64,000 bases of DNA from Spirochaetia bacterium (lineage in GTDB: Bacteria; Spirochaetota; Spirochaetia; SZUA-6; Bin103). Within the stretch, counting starts at the first letter, position 1. The number at the start of each line of letters is the position of its first letter. The stretch spans positions 64,001 through 128,000 of the forward strand of contig CBDAOI010000001.1 of the NCBI GenBank assembly GCA_965198005.1, in the 5' to 3' direction. A program made the translations under genes and the position numbers. Shown piece after piece: positions 7,638-17,634 of this stretch. The notes beneath the pieces were generated by a model. That model was not told the DNA's origin. It was given only the letters and a program-made list of their open reading frames with translations, and made no database searches.

Positions 7638-8861
7638 ATGAGCCTGCCCTACATCAACCGCTCGCTGGAACCGGTGCTCGAGCAGGCGGCCGCGGAGTTT
7701 CCCGCCGTCGTCCTGACCGGGCCGCGCCAGTCCGGCAAGACAACCCTGCTGCACCATCTGTTCGGGGAACGGTACCGCTACGTGTCTCTGGAGCCGCCAG
7801 ATGTTCGGACAGCCGCCGCGAATGACCCGCGCGGGTTCCTGGAACGGTATTCGGCGCCAGTCATCTTCGACGAGGTGCAGTATGCGCCCGACCTGCTGCC
7901 CTACGTCAAGGAGAAGATCGACGCCAGCCGCGCCACGGGCGGTCAATACCTGCTGACCGGCTCACAGAACCTGCTGCTGGCCGAGAAGGTAACCGAGTCG
8001 CTGGCGGGCCGCGCCGCCATGCTCCGCCTGTTGCCGTTGTCGAGGCGGGAGGCCGAGGGACGGCCGCGGCGACCCCTGGCTTGGGAACGCAAGCCGTCCC
8101 CGTCGGCGACAACGGCCGGCGGGTTCGGCGAACTGTGGCAGGGTTTTCTGCGCGGCGGGTACCCGGAACTCGCGATCCAACCCGATCGGGATCTCTCCCT
8201 GTGGCATGCCAGCTACATCCAGACCTATCTCGAGCGCGACCTGCGCACCCTGCGGCAGGTCGGCGACCTGACCCAGTATCAGAATTTCCTGCGGCTGCTG
8301 GCGGCGCGCAGTGCTCAGTTGCTGAGCCTGACCGACGTGGCACGCGACCTCGGAGTTGCCGTCAATACGATCAAGGCGTGGCTCGCCGTGCTCGAGGCCA
8401 CCTACCAGGTGATCGTGCTGCGCCCCTACTTCGCCAACGTCGGCAAGCGGCTGGTCAAGACCCCGAAGGTGTATTTCTCCGATGTCGGCACGCTCTGCTA
8501 TCTCGCGGGCCTCAAGGACCCCGAGCATGCCGCCTCCGGCCCGATGGGCGGAGCGATCATGGAGACGGCGGTGTTGTCCGAAATCGTGCGCACGCTGACG
8601 CATCGGGGCATCGACCCCCAGGTCTTCTTCTGGCGGACCGTGGCGGGCACGGAAGTGGACTTTGTGGTCGAGGTCGGCGGCCGGCTCGTCCCCATCGAGG
8701 TAAAGCTGTCCGCGACGCCGCGCCCGGCCATGGCCGCCGCCATCAAGACATTCCACGGCGACATGCCCAGCGCGGCACTGCCTGGATATGTGGTTCATCC
8801 GGGCGACATCCACCTGCCCCTCGGCGCGGGCGTGACTGCGTTGCCGTTCGTCGACCTGTAG
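7638..8861 (+). CDS. AAA+ ATPase (AAA_14 + DUF4143 type)
   Basis: GPRQSGKTT, IFDEVQ, LTGSQ, GGYPE, EVDFV..PIEVK; TTGACT..CATAAT promoter just upstream. Confidence 0.9.
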   Translation: MSLPYINRSLEPVLEQAAAEFPAVVLTGPRQSGKTTLLHHLFGERYRYVSLEPPDVRTAAANDPRGFLERYSAPVIFDEVQYAPDLLPYVKEKIDASRATGGQYLLTGSQNLLLAEKVTESLAGRAAMLRLLPLSRREAEGRPRRPLAWERKPSPSATTAGGFGELWQGFLRGGYPELAIQPDRDLSLWHASYIQTYLERDLRTLRQVGDLTQYQNFLRLLAARSAQLLSLTDVARDLGVAVNTIKAWLAVLEATYQVIVLRPYFANVGKRLVKTPKVYFSDVGTLCYLAGLKDPEHAASGPMGGAIMETAVLSEIVRTLTHRGIDPQVFFWRTVAGTEVDFVVEVGGRLVPIEVKLSATPRPAMAAAIKTFHGDMPSAALPGYVVHPGDIHLPLGAGVTALPFVDL

Positions 8862-9148
8862 TGCGGGCCGGCAGTAGCCCCTCAGTGATCACTTGAGATT
8901 CTGCACCCTGCATGCCGTTAACGTAGCCATGATGAAACAGGTCGATGAGCGCGGCGCTGGAGTACTGGGGAGTTCTCATTGTGGCACCATTACGAATGAC
9001 ATAATCGCAATAGTGCCACAAGGGCCGGTAGCATTCAACAGAAACGCCACAACAAGCCGTCCTACCGCGTCCATACCGCCACCCAGCGTACCGATAACGG
9101 CTTGATTACGTCTATCTACGTGGATTTATATTTGCGCCGGCCCTTAGC

Positions 9149-9572
9149 GGACTCATCATCGCCGTTCCGATCGGCATCTACTCGGCAATTCGCCAGTATA
9201 CGATGACCGACTACGCCGGCCGGGCGGTCGCCATCTTCGGCCTGGCGACCCCCAACTTCTGGCTGGGACTGATGGTTATGATCTACCCGGCCATCTGGTG
9301 GGGCTGGGCGCCACCGCTGACCTACGTCCGCTTCAGCGAAGACCCATGGGGCAATCTCGGCATTCTGATCCTCCCCGCGCTGATTCTGGGCACCTACCTG
9401 CGCTATGAGTCGCCGGTCGACGCGGCCGGAGCCGGCCGCGGAGGCGCAGGCGGAGGCGCACGCGGTGGTGGCGGCCCAAGCGGCGGCGCGGGTGCCGGAC
9501 CCTCCGCGGCGGGCGCCCCTGCACCGGCGCGCCGGCGACCGGTGGCCAGATTCTTGTCGCCGCTCCTCGTCC
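9149..9572 (+). pseudogene. deleted type-B dppB/dppC remnant
   Basis: LIIAVPIGIYSAIRQY..LILGTYL fused to RYE, followed by the Gly-rich DppC N-terminus. Confidence 0.9.
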
Positions 9573-9644
9573 AGATACGGCAACGGGTCGCGCGCCAGCC
9601 GAGGCCTGTCGGCCGAGTCTGACACCGACTATCGGTAGCCATGC

Positions 9645-9890
9645 CTATTCGTCCACTCGCCGTAGCGCTTCATCCATCACTTGTCGCGAGAGATGAAGAC
9701 CAGCGATCATCATTTCCTCAATGACGGGCCGATCCATTCCCGCGATCCGGGCCGCCCACTCTTGCGAAATGCGTCCCTGCTGATACCACTGGATGGCAGC
9801 AGCCAGTCGCAACTCCTGGTCGAGGGTTCCAGGCGCACACTGCAGCAGGGAACAAACCGCGTCCGGTAGTTCTAATCTTACTTGAGTCAT
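9645..9890 (-). pseudogene. UPF0175 antitoxin N-terminus fused to DUF3368 (PIN) C-terminus
   Basis: ELRLAAAIQWYQQGRISQEWAARIAGMDR joined to PVIEEMMIAGLHLSRQVMDEALRRVDE. Confidence 0.65.
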
Positions 9891-10004
9891 TGATCCACTA
9901 TGGGTTGCCGCGTCCTTGGGTGGCTGACCGGCACCGGTCAGCATCTCTCCTTCTATTATGATGGCTGACGGCGGTAGGTTCAAGGGGTGGTGATGGTATG
10001 GATG

Positions 10005-10250
10005 GCACGCTCGTCCGTCACGTCCTGCCCAACATCGCCGCGCCGCTGATCGTCGTGTTCAGCATCAACGTCGGCGGCGTGATCATCGCCGCGGCTGGCG
10101 CTGTGGCCGGGCCTGTGTCTGACGGTGACGGTCTACGCCCTCAACCTGTTCGGCGACGCGGTGCGCGACCTGCTGGACCCGCGCCTGCGCGGCGCCGCCG
10201 GCCGCTACGGGGGCGGGCGCCGCCCACGCCGCGCGCCGCGCCGCGGCTGA
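10005..10250 (+). pseudogene. orphan type-B dppC 3' part with internal deletion
   Basis: TLVRHVLPNIAAP..GGVIIA / RLALWPGLC..LDPRLRG; close to 28915-29262. Confidence 0.9.
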
Positions 10251-10370
10251 GCCGCCCAGCACGGTCCTTCTAGCACGCGCGGGAAGGCGAAGATTCGCTT
10301 GTAGTTGTCGTCGGTTGATAGCGCGGCCCGGTACTTGCCGAACGGGCGGAAAGTGACCATATTATGCCGT

Positions 10371-10793
10371 ATGGCAACGGTGGCCTCAGCGGCGCGTGAC
10401 ACTCGCCCCAACCGCGCCAGTGAAATCAGCGACGCGGAAACACTCGCCCTGCTGCGCGCATTCTTCAATCTGGTACGGCGGTGGGCGCTCAACGACCAGC
10501 AGGGGCGAATCCTCCTGGGCGGGCCGGCCGCGCGCACCTACGCGCGCTGGAAAGCCGGACAGGTCGAGCTGTCGCGCGTTTCACGCGACACCCGTGAGCG
10601 GCTGTCCACACTGATGGGCATTCACCGGAACCTGCGATACCTGTTTCCCGATCCGTCGCGCGGTTACCGTTGGCTGCGCAAGCCGAACCAGGCGTTCGGC
10701 GGCCAACCGGCGTTGAACCGGCTGCTTGGCGGATCGATCCCGGATCTGGCCGCTGTCCGCGCCTATCTCGACGCGGAACGCGGCGGTTGGTAG
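10371..10793 (+). CDS. Xre/MbcA/ParS-type antitoxin
   Basis: RERLSTLMGIHRNL, WLRKPNQAFGGQPAL, VRAYLDAERGGW. Confidence 0.9.
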   Translation: MATVASAARDTRPNRASEISDAETLALLRAFFNLVRRWALNDQQGRILLGGPAARTYARWKAGQVELSRVSRDTRERLSTLMGIHRNLRYLFPDPSRGYRWLRKPNQAFGGQPALNRLLGGSIPDLAAVRAYLDAERGGW

Positions 10794-11485
10794 TCCCTCG
10801 CACCAGCCGCGTTCGCTGGCCGCGGGCCGTTCGCCTTGTCCGGTCGATGTACCCCCCGATCGACCTGTTCGAGGATATTGCGGATCGGGCCGACTGGGAA
10901 TTGATCGCCGCTGCCGAAGCCAAGACCAACCCGCGGGTGCGCGACGAAATCGGCGCCATCCATCTGGTGCCGCCGGCGCGGCGCGTGGCCGGGCCCGGCG
11001 CCAGCTGGGCGATGGCGCCGTTCTGCCACATATCGCGCGACCGGCCGAGCCGGTTCAGTGACGGGAGCTACGGCATGTACTACGCTGGAGACCGCTTCGA
11101 GGTGGCGCTGGCGGAGGCGGTGTACCACTTCGAGCGTTTCATGGCGGCAACCGATGAGGAGCCGGCCACCGCCGATTACCGCGAGCTGATCAGCCGTATC
11201 GACGCGGACCTGCACGACCTGCGCGACACGGCGGGTTTCGAAGCCGCGCTGGACGCCAACGACTACGCTGCTGCGCAGTCGTTGGCGCACGAACTGCGCT
11301 GGAACCATGCCAGCAACGGCATCGTCTATCCGAGCGTGCGCCACCCCGCGGGTGCGGCGGTGGCGGCGTTCTGGCCCGATGTGGCGGGCCTTCCCGTCCC
11401 TGGCAGACACCTCTGCTATCACTGGGACGGCCGTCGGGTGGATGCATGGTTGGTGTACGGAGAAGCAGACTGGCGCCCTCGGTGA
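10787..11485 (+). CDS. RES-family toxin (NAD+ phosphorylase-like)
   Basis: YPPIDLFE, SRFSDGSYG, ALAEAVYH, GIVYPSVR; overlaps the antitoxin stop. Confidence 0.9.
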   Translation: MVVPRTSRVRWPRAVRLVRSMYPPIDLFEDIADRADWELIAAAEAKTNPRVRDEIGAIHLVPPARRVAGPGASWAMAPFCHISRDRPSRFSDGSYGMYYAGDRFEVALAEAVYHFERFMAATDEEPATADYRELISRIDADLHDLRDTAGFEAALDANDYAAAQSLAHELRWNHASNGIVYPSVRHPAGAAVAAFWPDVAGLPVPGRHLCYHWDGRRVDAWLVYGEADWRPR

Positions 11486-12599
11486 TCGGGCGCCACCGCT
11501 CCAGCTCGAGGGTCGTGGCGACCAATCTCCCCGATTGCCGGGTCACCTCGTTGCTCAGCCCGAAGTAGCGGCGTCAAACCCTGCGATACCTGTGGCCGGC
11601 GACACGGTGGTGGCGACCGCGGCCTCGGGCACGGTCTGGTTGTACGCCCTGTGCGTTCAGCTGTTTCAGGAACACGGCATCGCGGTGGCGACCGACGGCG
11701 GCTTTCAAATCAGGGCGTTTGACGCCACCACCGTGAAGGAACCGGGCAAGACCGGAGCGCTGTGGCGCATCCACTGGAGCGTATGCCTGCCGTCGCTGGC
11801 GTGCGACTTCTTCAGGCTCACGCCAACCGAGGGGCCGGGCACCGGCGAATCGTTGGTTCAGTTCCCGATCCGCGCCGGCGATCATGTAGTGGCCGATCGC
11901 GGTTACTCGACAGCCCGCGGTATCGGTTATGTGGCGGCCGCCGGCGGTCAGCTCATCGTACGCGTCAATACCGGTGCGCTGGGGCTGCGCACAACCCAGG
12001 GTGAGCGGTTCGACCTGCTCGCCGCGGTCAGTTCGCTGAAGCGTGCCGGCGCCACCAAGTCGTGGACAACGCAGGTGGTGATCAACGATGACAGAGCACA
12101 ACCGGCCAGAACCGTACCCGGTCGAGTGTGCGCGCTGCGCAAGTCGGCAGCAGCGATCAAGCTGGCGCACCGCAAAGTCCGCCAGGAAGCAGCACGCAGG
12201 GGTAAGCGGACGCAAGCGGACACGCTGAGGTTTGCCGAATACGTGATCGTGTTCACCACCTTTCCGGCGGCGAGCTTCAGTGCCGCCGAGATTCTGGAGT
12301 GGTATCGCATTCGCTGGCAGGTGGAGTTGGTGTTCAAACGGTTCAAATCGTTGGCGCAGCTGGGCCACCTGCCGAAATACGACGACGACAGCGCCAAAGC
12401 GTGGCTGTACGGCAAGCTGCTGGTTGCGCTCCTGGTCGAGAAGCTGATCCGCCATGCCAGCGCTAGTTCCCCCTGGGGATACGAGTTGGCGCCGTCAGCG
12501 GCCACCCAGTGCGTGGCGTGACTTCAGGTTCGTGCTGGGCCAAGTCACCCGCACCATCGAACCGGCTCTGCCACTGGCGCGCATGGTTCACCAGTGGCA

Positions 12600-12688
12600 C
12601 GCTAGGAGTCTGTCGGATTGCGACAGACTCCTAGCGGTCGGACGGGATGGGCCAAAAGCGGCGCCCCGGCGGCGGTTTTGGGGCGCTA
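12600..12688. mobile_element. 84-bp insertion with CGCTA direct repeats and a CTAG-flanked hairpin
   Basis: CTAG-GAGTCTGTCG-GATTG-CGACAGACTC-CTAG; second copy at ~18491-18578. Confidence 0.55.
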
Positions 12689-12757
12689 TCTCGCGGGCGC
12701 TGGCTGAGCCGCCACGGCGCCGGCTGTCCCAGTTGTCAGGTTACTTCGATCTGGCGT

Positions 12758-12980
12758 GGTTGACGCGAGTCGCGAGTCGCGGGTCCGTGGTACGGTCGCA
12801 CCGTAGGGCCATGAGTTGCCAGATTTCTTCGACGCAGGTGGTTGACGCGAGTCGCGGGTCCGTGGTACGGTCGCACCGTAGAGCCATGAGCTGCCAGATT
12901 TCTTCGATTTTTTCGACGCGGCTGGTTGATCCGAGTCGCACGTCCGTGGTACGGTCGCACAGTAAAGTCATGCATGGCCC
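12758..12980. repeat. ~84-bp tandem repeat, about 3 units
   Basis: Core GTCCGTGGTACGGTCGCAC occurs 3 times; 2 units at ~18646-18787. Confidence 0.85.
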
Positions 12981-13011
12981 CTGTAGGCCCCACAACAAGT
13001 TAGCGCTTATG

Positions 13012-13272
13012 CCCCCCCCCCCACTTTTTCAAACCGAGAAACAACTAACCGCTCCGCCTGATCGCCCCGTACGTGCCCCCGCGCACGCCGTCGCCTTCAG
13101 CACCGGGGTAGCGGCCGGCTACGACCGCAACGGTCCTGGATCCCCGCCCCCCAACGCACCGTCACAGAACCGACCGCCGACGTCGCCGGTCAACCACATG
13201 CGTTGCTCGGCCGACCACCGCGCCGCGTGGCGTTGTGACGCAGGTCCCGACGTCCGCCGAGCGGTCGCTGTT
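13012..13272 (+). repeat. 'head' repeat copy with C11 tract
   Basis: Matches 478-652 and the reverse complement of ~63200-63290. Confidence 0.85.
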
Positions 13273-13355
13273 TGCATGAAGGGCACGCACGCGCTACGCG
13301 CAGCGCACACCACCTTACGTCAACCATCTGGCTGGGCACCCTGTAGCCCAAAAAG

Positions 13356-13542
13356 AGGAGGTGCAAAAATGATACTCAAAGAACCGCACGCGCGCGCGGC
13401 GTGAGCCGGGTGAACCCGTTGAGTCACACGCCGCGCGCTTTTAGTGTATTTGACTCTGACTGGCCGTCCGCGTTGGCGGGCGCGCCCGCTGTTGCGGGCA
13501 TAAGAGTAGCCAGGGAGCGGCAAGTCGCTCCGCAATACTCTC
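13356..13542 (+). promoter_or_regulatory. type-A leader copy 2 (uORF 13369-13404)
   Basis: Same SD, uORF and hairpins as 967-1133; the first stem is followed by TTTT. Confidence 0.6.
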
Positions 13543-13569
13543 AAAATCCAAGCAAGGATACTAACGACG

Positions 13570-15363
13570 ATGAGAATCTCATTTAGAATGACCTTCGCGA
13601 TTGCGTTGGTCCTCGTCCTGACCGCCACCGGCCTCTGGGCGGGTGGCGCCACAGACACGGAGTCGGCAACGGCGGCCGATAAGGAAATGGTGCGCGACCC
13701 GGCCACCGGCAAGATGGTGACCGCGCCCGAGTATGGCGGGACATTCACCCGCCCCTTAAAGGAAGAGTGGCATCATCCTGACCTGATGTTTTCTCGATGG
13801 GCGACAATATTCATCACTGGTGTTTTAGAGAAGCCAGCCATGGTGAACTGGGGAATAGATAGGGCCGAATTCAACTACGTAGGTGGGGACCCGCCTCTAT
13901 TTGCCTTGAAAGGCGGTCTGGCGGAAAGCTGGGAGCAACCCGACCCACTAACTATTATCTTCAAAGTCCGTCAGGGCGTTCACTGGCATAATAAGCCGCC
14001 GATGAACGGGCGGGAGCTGACTGCCCAAGATATCGAGTACAACTATCACCGTCTCTTGGGACTTGGCAGCGGTTTCACCGAAGTTAGCGAGGGTATTCCT
14101 GGGGGACTCACTGATGTGGTATTCGAATCGATAACGGCCACCGACAATTGGACAGTTGTTTTCACGCTGAAGGAGCCACACCTCGATGCGCTGCGGATTA
14201 TCCTCGACGACCACTATGTTCACATATACCCCCCCGAGGTAATCAAGGAACACGGCGACGCTACGGACTGGAGGAACCTGGTCGGCACCGGCCCCTTTAT
14301 GCTGACTGAGCGGGTCGAGGGCAGCTCGATTACGTGGACCAAGAATCCTGACTACTGGGGCTACGACGAAAAATACCCGCAGAACCGGCTGCCGTATGTT
14401 GACGAGATCAGGTCCCCGATTATGCCAGAAGAGGCAACATATCTGGCGGCACTGCGCTCGGGTAGGGTTGATTGGCTCGGTCACGTCAATGTAATAAGGT
14501 CTGTCGACCAGGCAGAGAGCCTCCAGCGGTCCAACCCCGAAATCGATCTGTGGACGATCTTCGGTGCGTCGACAACTGCGACCGGTCTTAACGTGAGTAT
14601 GGCGCCCTTTAACGACATCAGGGTGCGTAAGGCAATGCAGATGGCACTGGACCTCGAGACAATCAATGATGTCTACTTCAAGGGTTATGGAGATACCACA
14701 CCCCACGGGCAGATGGGTGATGCCGGCATCGGGTATTTCATACCATTTGAAGAGTGGCCCGAAGAGGTCAAGAAGGGCTATATGTACGATCCGGCAGGGG
14801 CGGAAGCTTTGCTGGATGAGGCCGGATATCCGCGGGGCGCCGACGGCATTCGATTCAAGCCCGTATTTACCGAAAGCGCGCGGTACGATCTGAGCTTTAG
14901 AGAACTACTCGCTTCATACTGGCGTGACATTGGCGTTGATATCGAGATTAAGGTATATCAATCTGCAGAGCGTTCCGCTATAAGAAAAGCCCGTACTTTC
15001 GAAATGATTTACCACGAAATGGCTTATGGGAGCATAGCTAATCCCCTCTCTGGTCCGAGCCGATTTCTCTCGACGGTTCCATACAACAGCGTCGCAGCGG
15101 AAGACCCGGTTTATGACGCCATGTATGAAGCCGCGGCAGCCGCTACAACCATCGAGGAGCAGCAGAGGCTGGTTAAAGAACTGGACATGTACGCGATAGA
15201 GAGGCACTGGGCCGTATGGGCTATTGCGGCTCCAACATTTGAAGCGGTACAGCCGTGGGTCAAAGGTTACAACGGTGAACTCCAGTTGGGGGGCATCGAC
15301 GTAAATTTCGTCCTCGCCCGCCTCTGGATTGATAGCGAGCTGAAGGAAGCTATGGGTCAATAG
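13570..15363 (+). CDS. ABC substrate-binding protein family 5, unit 2
   Basis: Paralog of unit 1 with the same motifs. Confidence 0.95.
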   Translation: MRISFRMTFAIALVLVLTATGLWAGGATDTESATAADKEMVRDPATGKMVTAPEYGGTFTRPLKEEWHHPDLMFSRWATIFITGVLEKPAMVNWGIDRAEFNYVGGDPPLFALKGGLAESWEQPDPLTIIFKVRQGVHWHNKPPMNGRELTAQDIEYNYHRLLGLGSGFTEVSEGIPGGLTDVVFESITATDNWTVVFTLKEPHLDALRIILDDHYVHIYPPEVIKEHGDATDWRNLVGTGPFMLTERVEGSSITWTKNPDYWGYDEKYPQNRLPYVDEIRSPIMPEEATYLAALRSGRVDWLGHVNVIRSVDQAESLQRSNPEIDLWTIFGASTTATGLNVSMAPFNDIRVRKAMQMALDLETINDVYFKGYGDTTPHGQMGDAGIGYFIPFEEWPEEVKKGYMYDPAGAEALLDEAGYPRGADGIRFKPVFTESARYDLSFRELLASYWRDIGVDIEIKVYQSAERSAIRKARTFEMIYHEMAYGSIANPLSGPSRFLSTVPYNSVAAEDPVYDAMYEAAAAATTIEEQQRLVKELDMYAIERHWAVWAIAAPTFEAVQPWVKGYNGELQLGGIDVNFVLARLWIDSELKEAMGQ

Positions 15364-15712
15364 GGGTTTGGAGCAGCCGACAAGACGGCATTCCAGCCCG
15401 GGAAGGACCGGCCGTATCAATTATCGCGACGGAGCACCGCCGGCTCGGGTGCGTAGTGATGCCACAGTTCGTGTTGGGTAACTCGACGTCACGCTGCAGC
15501 GGGTAACGGCCTCTGCAGGCGAAGGGGCTCTCGGTGCATGTCGGATGCCTGAGTCCAGCGCCCCGGCGTGTGCCCGAAGAAGGGGGGGCTGGGGCGCTCA
15601 AGCTTCCCGGCTCCCTCATATATAACTTAGGCATAGAAATTGCTACTCCCTCGACTTGCGACGACAGAATAGCGTTGGCAATGACGGGGGAAAGAGAAAT
15701 GAGGTGTTTCAC

Positions 15713-16669
15713 ATGAGAGCCTATATCATCAGGCGGTTATTTCTGATGATCCCCACCCTGTTTCTATTAACCATCCTGGTCTTTCTCTCGGTCCGCTTCA
15801 TCCCAGGCGATATAATAGACGTAATAGTGGACAGGATGGAGTTTTACACTGAGGATGTAGACCGTGAAGCTCTTGAGCGTACGCTGGGATTAAACGCGCC
15901 TGTGCACGTGCAGTATGGACGTTGGATGGGACGTATTTTCCGGCACGGCAGCCTTGGCACGTCACTGTGGGGCGGTTGGACGGTAGAGGAGAGGATAATA
16001 GGCAGATTGCCGGTGACGATTGAGCTTGGTGTCCTGGCAATCATAATCGGGTTGGTGATAGCCCTGCCGGTCGGCATCTACTCGGCGATTCGTCAGGATA
16101 CGGCCGCCGACTACGTAGGGCGCATCGTGGCCGTCATCGGCCTGGCAACGCCCAACTTCTGGCTGGGCATTATGGTCATGATCTACCCGGCAATCTGGTG
16201 GGGTTGGTCGCCACCGACGGAGCTGATTTCTTTCACGAAAGACCCGCTGGGGAATCTAGCGGTGTTCATCATTCCCAGCCTGATTCTGGGGACGGCCATG
16301 GCTGCCGCCACCATGCGGATGACGCGCACCATGATGCTGGAGGTGCTCGGGCAGGACTATATCAGGACGGCCTGGTCCAAGGGTCTCAAGGAGCGGGTAG
16401 TTGTTATGAGACACGCCGTCAAGAATGCATTCATCCCGGTAGTTACCCTCATAGGCATGCAGTTGCCTCTGCTGGTAGGCGGCTCCGTTATCATGGAGAA
16501 CATATTTGGCCTGCCGGGGTTGGGTCGTCTCTTGCTGAGGGCGCTCACTGACAGAGACTACCCGGTGGTCTCCGGAGTAAACCTGGTTTTCGCCACCGCG
16601 GTCTTAGGAATCAATCTAATCATCGACCTGATGTATCCTCTATTAGATCCCAGGGTCCGTTATAAATAA
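15713..16669 (+). CDS. DppB-like permease, unit 2
   Basis: MRAYIIRRLF..LDPRVRYK. Confidence 0.95.
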   Translation: MRAYIIRRLFLMIPTLFLLTILVFLSVRFIPGDIIDVIVDRMEFYTEDVDREALERTLGLNAPVHVQYGRWMGRIFRHGSLGTSLWGGWTVEERIIGRLPVTIELGVLAIIIGLVIALPVGIYSAIRQDTAADYVGRIVAVIGLATPNFWLGIMVMIYPAIWWGWSPPTELISFTKDPLGNLAVFIIPSLILGTAMAAATMRMTRTMMLEVLGQDYIRTAWSKGLKERVVVMRHAVKNAFIPVVTLIGMQLPLLVGGSVIMENIFGLPGLGRLLLRALTDRDYPVVSGVNLVFATAVLGINLIIDLMYPLLDPRVRYK

Positions 16670-16679
16670 AGGAGCGGGT

Positions 16680-17612
16680 ATGAGTAACGACATGGAGATA
16701 GCATCAACAGCAAACGAGCCAAAGAGACGTATCGGGCTGGCGAACTTCCTTATCAGACTGGTGAGGGAAAAGCCACTGGGTGCTGCCAGCGCAATTATCA
16801 TATTGATATTAATTGTTGTGGGTATCCTTGCCGATGTTTTGGCTCCTTATCCATATGATGAAGTGCACCTGGTAGACAGGATGCAGGGCGCATCAGCCCG
16901 GTATCTCCTCGGTACCGACCAGTTGGGGCGAGACTTCTTGAGCCGCATTATCTACGGGGCTCGCACTTCGTTACTTGTCGGTCTGGCAGCGACCGCTCTC
17001 AATGTTGTTGTCGCCGTACTGATAGGCGGCATTTCAGGATTCGTTGGTGGTAAATTCGACCTTGTTGTGCAGAGATTTGTCGATGCCTGGATGGGTTTTC
17101 CCGGACTGCTGCTATTGTTAACCCTCATGTCCATAGTGGGGCGGGGTATACCACAGATAATACTGGTCCTTGGGATATCAGGAGGCATCGTCGGCTCAAG
17201 AACACTAAGAAGCGCCGTTATTGGCATAAAAGAGAATGTGTATTTTCAGACGGCGGAGGCGATTGGCTCCTCAAAATGGACAGCATTTATCCGACATGTC
17301 GTGCCCAATATTATGCCTGTCGTAATCATTAGCTTCAGCATCAGCATTGGAGGGATGATCCTGTATGTGGCTTCTCTGAGCTTCCTCGGTTTCGGTCTGC
17401 CATTGGAGATTCCTGAGTGGGGAGGTCTACTCAGCCGAGAAGGAAAACAGTTCATGGAGATGGCGCCATGGCTGGCTGTCTGGCCTGGTCTTTGCCTGAC
17501 CATCACCGTCTTCAGTCTAAACATGTTCGGCGACGCCATCAGGGACCTGCTCGACCCGCGGCTCATCGGTGGTGCGGAGCGTCTGGGTGCGCAAGAGGCC
17601 AGATCGGTTTAG
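16680..17612 (+). CDS. DppC-like permease, unit 2
   Basis: LGTDQLGRD, GDAIRDLLDPR. Confidence 0.95.
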   Translation: MSNDMEIASTANEPKRRIGLANFLIRLVREKPLGAASAIIILILIVVGILADVLAPYPYDEVHLVDRMQGASARYLLGTDQLGRDFLSRIIYGARTSLLVGLAATALNVVVAVLIGGISGFVGGKFDLVVQRFVDAWMGFPGLLLLLTLMSIVGRGIPQIILVLGISGGIVGSRTLRSAVIGIKENVYFQTAEAIGSSKWTAFIRHVVPNIMPVVIISFSISIGGMILYVASLSFLGFGLPLEIPEWGGLLSREGKQFMEMAPWLAVWPGLCLTITVFSLNMFGDAIRDLLDPRLIGGAERLGAQEARSV

Positions 17613-17634
17613 GCGAGTGGACCCACCGCATGCG

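Larger units (their letters stand above)
11636..13011 (+). mobile_element. IS4-family element, 5'-truncated (transposase to 12521)
   Basis: FDATTVKEPG, VADRGY, WYRIRWQVELVFKRFKS (YREK), PWGY; putative right end TTAGCGCTTATG at 13000-13011. Confidence 0.85.

Noticed and set aside
12758-12980. CRISPR array
   Set aside because: Whole ~84-bp units repeat with no unique spacers, and no cas genes are present.
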